A DNA stretch of 64,000 nucleotides from Pseudogymnoascus verrucosus (lineage: Eukaryota), in NCBI GenBank assembly GCA_001662655.1, contig KV460214.1, one strand, 5' to 3'. This document shows positions 58,532-64,000 of this stretch, in pieces. The notes under the pieces were generated by a model, which was not told the DNA's origin, searched no databases, and saw only the letters and a list, made by a program, of their open reading frames with translations. A program made the position numbers and the translations under genes. How positions within the stretch are numbered: position 1 is the first letter of the stretch; every line of letters begins with the position of its first letter.

Positions 58532-60901
58532 CGCCATGATCTACCGGGAGTAGACAACTCAGGCTGTGCCTGTCGGCACGCATGATTATCCATTGGCCTG
58601 TATCTGCAGCAAATGGCTTCGAGACGGCGCTTCCAGAAGGATAATGGAAGGTGGACCCCGGGCTGACGGGCCAGACGGGAGAATGCAAGAAATGGACTGT
58701 GGGGATGCCCATGGCGGAGAGATAGAGAGGCTGACTAGGTCAGACTTCAATCTATAGAGGCGGCCCGTGTGGCCTGAAGTTTTGTGCGGAGATGCAAATA
58801 CTCCGTGAGATTCAGGGGGACTGCAACGGCATTCACCAGGCATATCGCCGCACCTAGAGGTAGTATTGTGGAGAGGATGCCAAGATACGCCTCCACTGAC
58901 CCCGCGACCTCATCTCCCCGCCTTCTCTCATTCTCCCGCCCCACTGCCCCTCTCATCGCGCTGCCACATTGCTGAATGCGCCAACCACAGTATGCGTGGC
59001 GTTGAGGTGTTGAAACGCCCAAAGGCGGGCAAGATTAGTGGCGCCTGCCATCCCGTCTTTGGTGCCTCCCTCAGGTCCCGACGGACCTGGTATCCTAGCG
59101 AGCGGCACTGAGTGCGAAGCATACATGGCAAAACTGACGTAGAGTCAACTCTCAACGAGATGCGAACTCGGAATATCGATTAATTTGTCGATATTGTCAC
59201 CTGGTCTTTGCAAAATCGAAGGGCGCCAAGTATGCTTCGCGATGTGAAATAATGGGAGAATGTTCCTCGGCACGGAGCGGTGCGTTCGCCGCATCTCCAG
59301 ACCACTCTATAGCCTCTCGGCAGCCGCATCCGAACAAAGCAAACCGATAGCGCCAATCTATATATTAAAAATTAATCAATGCCAGAATTCAACCACTTTA
59401 CGGTTGTCGGCCCTTGTTCATACTATTTTCCGCGCTCAGTCCCCTCTGTGAGCTAACGAGCCGTGTTCGCTTTCTTAGTGAAGATAATATCTGTTCCGTG
59501 TCGACAAACCCCGCATATACAACCTTGTCAGAGCCTATAGCTACCGGAACCTTCTTTCCCCAGTTTTCACTGGTTGCTCCACTCAGCATCGCGGAACTCG
59601 TCGCCGCCACCCGATTCGGCGCTGGTGCTGCTTCTAGAAGCCTGCCCGACGATCTCGTGACAGATAATAGCTTCCTGAGTGCATCTATATTATCGGTTGG
59701 GGGACCGAATAACCGCAGAACAGGCTGGGCTTCCGCATATTGGATTGCTTTGATTGCTTTGCGGTCCCTTAATTTGCACTGGCGGCTGGCTAGAAGCGTT
59801 TTGTTCTATGCGCCGAAGGTTTTTCGAACCACTGTGTCAGAACTGCATCTTTTTACCCAGGCTCGTTGGACTTGGATATATTGATGGATGATTAAGGACT
59901 CGCTGAGGTCTCAAGATCTATACACGAGCTGGTCAGCTCGAGGGTAATGGTGTTTCTCATACTCTTTACAATATTAGCCGGAATGTTCACGATTGCTGTG
60001 CTCCGAAAGGCACCGAGCCCCGCCAATTATCCACCTCGTCGGCGCTTTCTGGCTGGTGCTGCGCCTACTTTCACCGGAAAAGCGGTGCGGATCATGTAGC
60101 CACGTGCAAATTCATTCGTCTCGTGCATGGTGAGGGTAAACAGGGTCCAGATGCGGGCTTGAGGCAATAATATAGGTTTGTTGATGGTGGCGCTCAAGCT
60201 GGAGTGGCAAACACCACGGCTCTGCAACATATAAATATCGCGGTTGGAATCCCTTTTTTCATACCCTCGACTGAAGTCATTGAAACTGAGTGTGTTTATT
60301 AGCATCAATTTGTGGGATATTAAGCTTTTGAAGCTGCCAAGAATACCTAGCCAACTTTGCAACAGATCGTCATCCCCGCAATTTGCGATATATGGAGAAC
60401 TTTTCCTTACTTAATTGCTGTCAATGAAGCTGGATAATTTTTTGGGTCGGTGAGTTTGGACACGCAGAGAATTTAAAAAGGATAAAGCGCATAACAGATT
60501 TTCCGCTGTCGTTGCGTTTAGTATTCCCATGGCGGTATATTCTTGGGGGGTGCGATGTGCAATTTTCAAATTACTCTGGCGAATGAGAGCTTGGGGGAAA
60601 ACAAACGTGTCTCTCATCTGAGTAAAATATAAAATTTAACCGTTCGTGTATTTCTTAGTTTGTTCTATTCGTTCATACCTTACCTTTGCGGGTTTGCTAC
60701 AATGTGGAGGTTTTCTCCCTCTTAACGCGCGGCGCTTCGAGCGTTTCTATCGTTGATCTTTGGGCACGCAGCAACACAGTACAGTACATATCCTACAAAC
60801 AGCAAGCGCTCAATTGAAAACAAAAATACACCCATTTCTAGAAATACGGCACTTCTTCCAAACCATGTGCAATTGACGAACATTCCCCCATTCCTGTCGA
60901 T

Positions 60902-61540
60902 ATGGAGGATCCTCAGACGTCCGCCACACCAGCACCTCCGAGCTGCTTCAACTGCAAGAAGCTGCAAACCGAGTTCCCAAAACTTCTCATGCGCTGTGCA
61001 AAGTGTCGAACAGCTCTCTACTGCTCCCTCGAATGTCAGAAGGCCGACTGGAAGAGCCACAAACCCACCTGCCACCTTACAGGATCTGCCCCTCCTCCCA
61101 ACCCGCCCCAGGGGCCCAAGGCCCGCCACAACCCAGGCTTTCAGGCCATGAACGACATGTTTGGGCTTTCCAACGACGACTTCCTCCACGACCGTCCCGA
61201 GGGAGAGGTCTTCAATCTTCTCATCGACTCTTTCAGAATGCGAGTGGAAGACGAGTCTGTGTACGGCGGGAATACAATCGGCGTTTACAATGGAGAAAAT
61301 ACACTTCCCCTGTTCAAGAAGTTTTTGAGTCTTGCAGAATCGAGACAGAAGCTTCTTCCAACTTGGTGGAGCTCGGTGGAGAGAGGGGAGTGCGAGAGGC
61401 TCGCGGAGAGCGGCAGTCAGTGGAGCGATATCAATTGTGCTGTTGAGAAAAGTGAAATCCAGGATCATTATAACGACAACTTGATGCCAATGAAGTTGAG
61501 AATCCTGGCAGAGAAGATTTATGGCAAGGGCTTCATGTGA
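60902..61540 (+). CDS. MYND-type zinc finger protein
   Basis: CFNC...RCAKCRTALYCSLECQKADWKSHKPTC plus a conserved-looking fungal C-terminal domain (LIDSFRMR, LLPTWW, VEKSEIQDHY..MPM.LR). Confidence 0.9.
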   Translation: MEDPQTSATPAPPSCFNCKKLQTEFPKLLMRCAKCRTALYCSLECQKADWKSHKPTCHLTGSAPPPNPPQGPKARHNPGFQAMNDMFGLSNDDFLHDRPEGEVFNLLIDSFRMRVEDESVYGGNTIGVYNGENTLPLFKKFLSLAESRQKLLPTWWSSVERGECERLAESGSQWSDINCAVEKSEIQDHYNDNLMPMKLRILAEKIYGKGFM

Positions 61541-61933
61541 AAGGCGAAACTCCAACACGTGTACAATATGTGCTCTATCTTTGGCTTGCTGATTGGTGAT
61601 GGGTGGGAAACAACTGCTGGTGACCAAGTTATGCTAGGCTTTACTTTTGACATGGAAGTCTCCAAGGAGATGGAACAAATTGTGGCGCTATTCAGATACT
61701 TTCAATCCACCCCTGCTCTTGTTAAGCTGTGAACTGTAACGCAGTTACGCCAGAGACCGTTGATACTAAATAGAGTGCCATATAACGTTGGCTTGCTATT
61801 ATGCTTCTTTATAATACATATTGTATCTGCAAATTATTGTACACCCATAGTCCGCATCTATCTATAATACATATCTGTACATGGGGAAAGGCGTAACGCC
61901 TGCTCTCCCAGAAAATGGTCGCGGCCTCCTATA

Positions 61934-64000
61934 TTACACCTTAACAGCCGCCTGTTCTTTCTCCTCCTTGAGGCTCTTCAGCTCTTCGATCTCTTCCTCG
62001 ACATCCTTTCTCACCTTCTCCTCCCTCTTCTCCAGGCTTTCGAAATCCAGAAACTCCTGCTTATCATACACCTTAACTCCATGTTCCTCATCCAGCCTGT
62101 CCATTTCCTTTCTATACTCCTTTCCCATGCTCACATTATCCTGTATGTCCCCGCCATATCTTTGACTCATGTACGACGAAACATGGGATTTACCCAGCGA
62201 CTCCTTCCTACGCTTTACGCTCGATGCGTACAACGTCTCGATATTGCCAGTCATCTCTTCAAGGCAGTACTTCACCTCCCAGTCGTCGGTAGCTTTCAGC
62301 TTGTCGGGACGAACCACCTGGTGACCGTTGACAAAGTTGCGGATGTTCAATTTGAATACTGCTAGACGGCCAACGGAGCCCTCAACGTCGCCCTCGCTTG
62401 AGGTATTACAGTTCCGCGCCTCATCCGCCGCTGCTGTATCCGCATTTTCACCTGAAGATTCCGCAACAACCTCGTTGACATCACGGGCCATGGTCTCTGG
62501 ATCTTCCCTTTCAGCACGGGCAACCATGAGATCCAGCATCTTGTTCATAGCCGCCTCAACCGGTGTGCCCTTTTCGACTTTGCCAAATGCATTGCGGATA
62601 GTCTCTACGGACGCTGACTGGTCGAGATGGTTGAAGGCGTCCTCGAAGATTTCATTTTGATCGTCGGCGTTTACGGCTTCTGCGGCGTCTCTAATTGCGG
62701 CGCGAAGGACCGCTTCTTGCCCGTCTGCATCCAGGCCAATTACTCGCCTCTCATATTCTTGGATTTGCTCGATATTGGTCTCCTGGATACCTTGAATGTC
62801 CTCCTCGGCGACGGGGCGGGCGAAAATATACATGAAACAGTCGCCGTCAGAAGCACTCTTCGGCCTTGTTTCGAATTGTAGCTCCAAAGACTCTCCTGGA
62901 AATTTCTCGGTTGCGCGGTCCAGCACTTTGTTCAAGAGCTCCAGGCTGACTTTAAATTCGGAGTCTCCCAGTGTAGTATCGTTAGACCCATGAAGAGACT
63001 GGTCCATATCCGGCAGGGGAAGATACTGGAAGCCAAATATCCTCTCCGTGTTATGGAACGCAACGAAAATGCCGTCCATGCGGCCCATCCGGACTTGAAG
63101 GGAGTATTTCAAGAAAGCAGAGCGGGACATGTCGTAGAACTCACGTTCGTACGAGTCATATTCACCGTACCGAGATGTGATCTCGTAACCCAGCCCTTTC
63201 TCATAATCTGTAGCGTCTCTGCGAATAGAGATGACAGCGCGAGTCTTAAGATCGTACATGCCTGTCCCAGGTAAACGAGGATCATGGGCATCAAGCTGCG
63301 AGCGCATAAGAAAGTCGCCAAAGGTTGTATAGTGATATGATTCGGGGCTGTTTTTGTCATCATCCGTAAGAGCGTGCGAATTTTCCTTTCGGTACTTTAT
63401 ATATTCTTCCTTGTCCGAAGTTAAGAACTTCTCCATTGATTTCCCAAGCCATTGGAGGACGTTGGATGTGTCAAATCCTTTGTTCGCATCAATAGCGTAA
63501 ACACCATCTCTGCGTCGAAGGAATATAGAAGCAGGCGCTCGTTGAATGGCAGTGAACGAGCTTAAAGGTCTTGGGAAGCCTCGTGATAGTTGATCATGGT
63601 TGACAGGCCGCCATTTTGATAGAAGGTAGTGGAAGTGTGCCAAAGCCGAGGTCATGCTAGATGTTGACCCAGTGTACTTGCTGCCCTCGGCAACTGCTGT
63701 ATCAATCAATGTTTTGTCTCGCGAAGAAGTGATGTATTCTTTCAGCGCGTTGTAGTCGAATTCTTTCACTGGTGTTATGGATTCCAAATAGGGGTCAAAA
63801 TTGTAGACGCGGGTATGGGGGTCCCGAAGTCGATAAACTCCCTGATTGAAGAGCACTCTTTCAAGGCCGCAAACAAGGCCAGGCACAGGTGGCTGAGGTT
63901 TCTCAACTGGAACCAACTTTAGCGCCTGTGCATGGACGCTTCCAGAACTGTAACCTTCCCCTTCCTTTAGTGGTTTAAACACAGCATCTATAGCTTCTGG
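61934..64000 (-). CDS. PET127: Mitochondrial RNA-processing protein Pet127 (5' end beyond the window)
   Basis: GLERVLFN.GV, YITSSRD, GSTSSMT, DFLMRSQLDAHDPRLPGTGMYDLKTRAV and LKYSLQVRMGRMDGIFVAFHN motifs. Confidence 0.95.
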   Translation of the reverse strand, partial: PEAIDAVFKPLKEGEGYSSGSVHAQALKLVPVEKPQPPVPGLVCGLERVLFNQGVYRLRDPHTRVYNFDPYLESITPVKEFDYNALKEYITSSRDKTLIDTAVAEGSKYTGSTSSMTSALAHFHYLLSKWRPVNHDQLSRGFPRPLSSFTAIQRAPASIFLRRRDGVYAIDANKGFDTSNVLQWLGKSMEKFLTSDKEEYIKYRKENSHALTDDDKNSPESYHYTTFGDFLMRSQLDAHDPRLPGTGMYDLKTRAVISIRRDATDYEKGLGYEITSRYGEYDSYEREFYDMSRSAFLKYSLQVRMGRMDGIFVAFHNTERIFGFQYLPLPDMDQSLHGSNDTTLGDSEFKVSLELLNKVLDRATEKFPGESLELQFETRPKSASDGDCFMYIFARPVAEEDIQGIQETNIEQIQEYERRVIGLDADGQEAVLRAAIRDAAEAVNADDQNEIFEDAFNHLDQSASVETIRNAFGKVEKGTPVEAAMNKMLDLMVARAEREDPETMARDVNEVVAESSGENADTAAADEARNCNTSSEGDVEGSVGRLAVFKLNIRNFVNGHQVVRPDKLKATDDWEVKYCLEEMTGNIETLYASSVKRRKESLGKSHVSSYMSQRYGGDIQDNVSMGKEYRKEMDRLDEEHGVKVYDKQEFLDFESLEKREEKVRKDVEEEIEELKSLKEEKEQAAVKV

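Overview
Gene-dense chromosomal DNA of a filamentous ascomycete, with short GT-AG introns and CTAAC/CTGAC branch points. The base-composition style suggests a Leotiomycete such as Pseudogymnoascus, but this is an unverified impression. All gene models were spliced and translated by eye. Layout: (i) 0.3-4.4 kb, a gene-poor patchwork of gene fragments, including SNF2-like helicase pieces; (ii) 5.4-20.5 kb, a cluster of three paralogous Cys-rich single-pass membrane proteins plus a fourth, tail-only paralog, arranged in mirror order around a hexapeptide-repeat protein and next to an RgpF-like type II membrane (putative glycosyltransferase) gene; (iii) 21-34.7 kb, housekeeping genes RPA49, a 25-codon three-exon RPL41 missing from the ORF track, a Mek1-like FHA kinase, SAC3 and CBF5; (iv) 35-37.6 kb, two pseudogenes (APH/kinase-like and thiolase); (v) 39-58.4 kb, mostly secreted, cell-wall and CAZy genes (PAN/Apple-like, Ecm33-like GPI, GH78-like, GH23 lysozyme-like, HsbA, GH7-CBM1) plus a saccharopine dehydrogenase-like and an LtrA gene, with a second fragment-and-repeat island at 54-56.5 kb; (vi) a MYND zinc-finger gene and PET127, which runs off the window. 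No tRNA, rRNA, CRISPR array or intact transposon was recognised. Best candidates for an undescribed system: the receptor-like/tail-only/RgpF-like cluster, and the two helicase-fragment patchwork islands.
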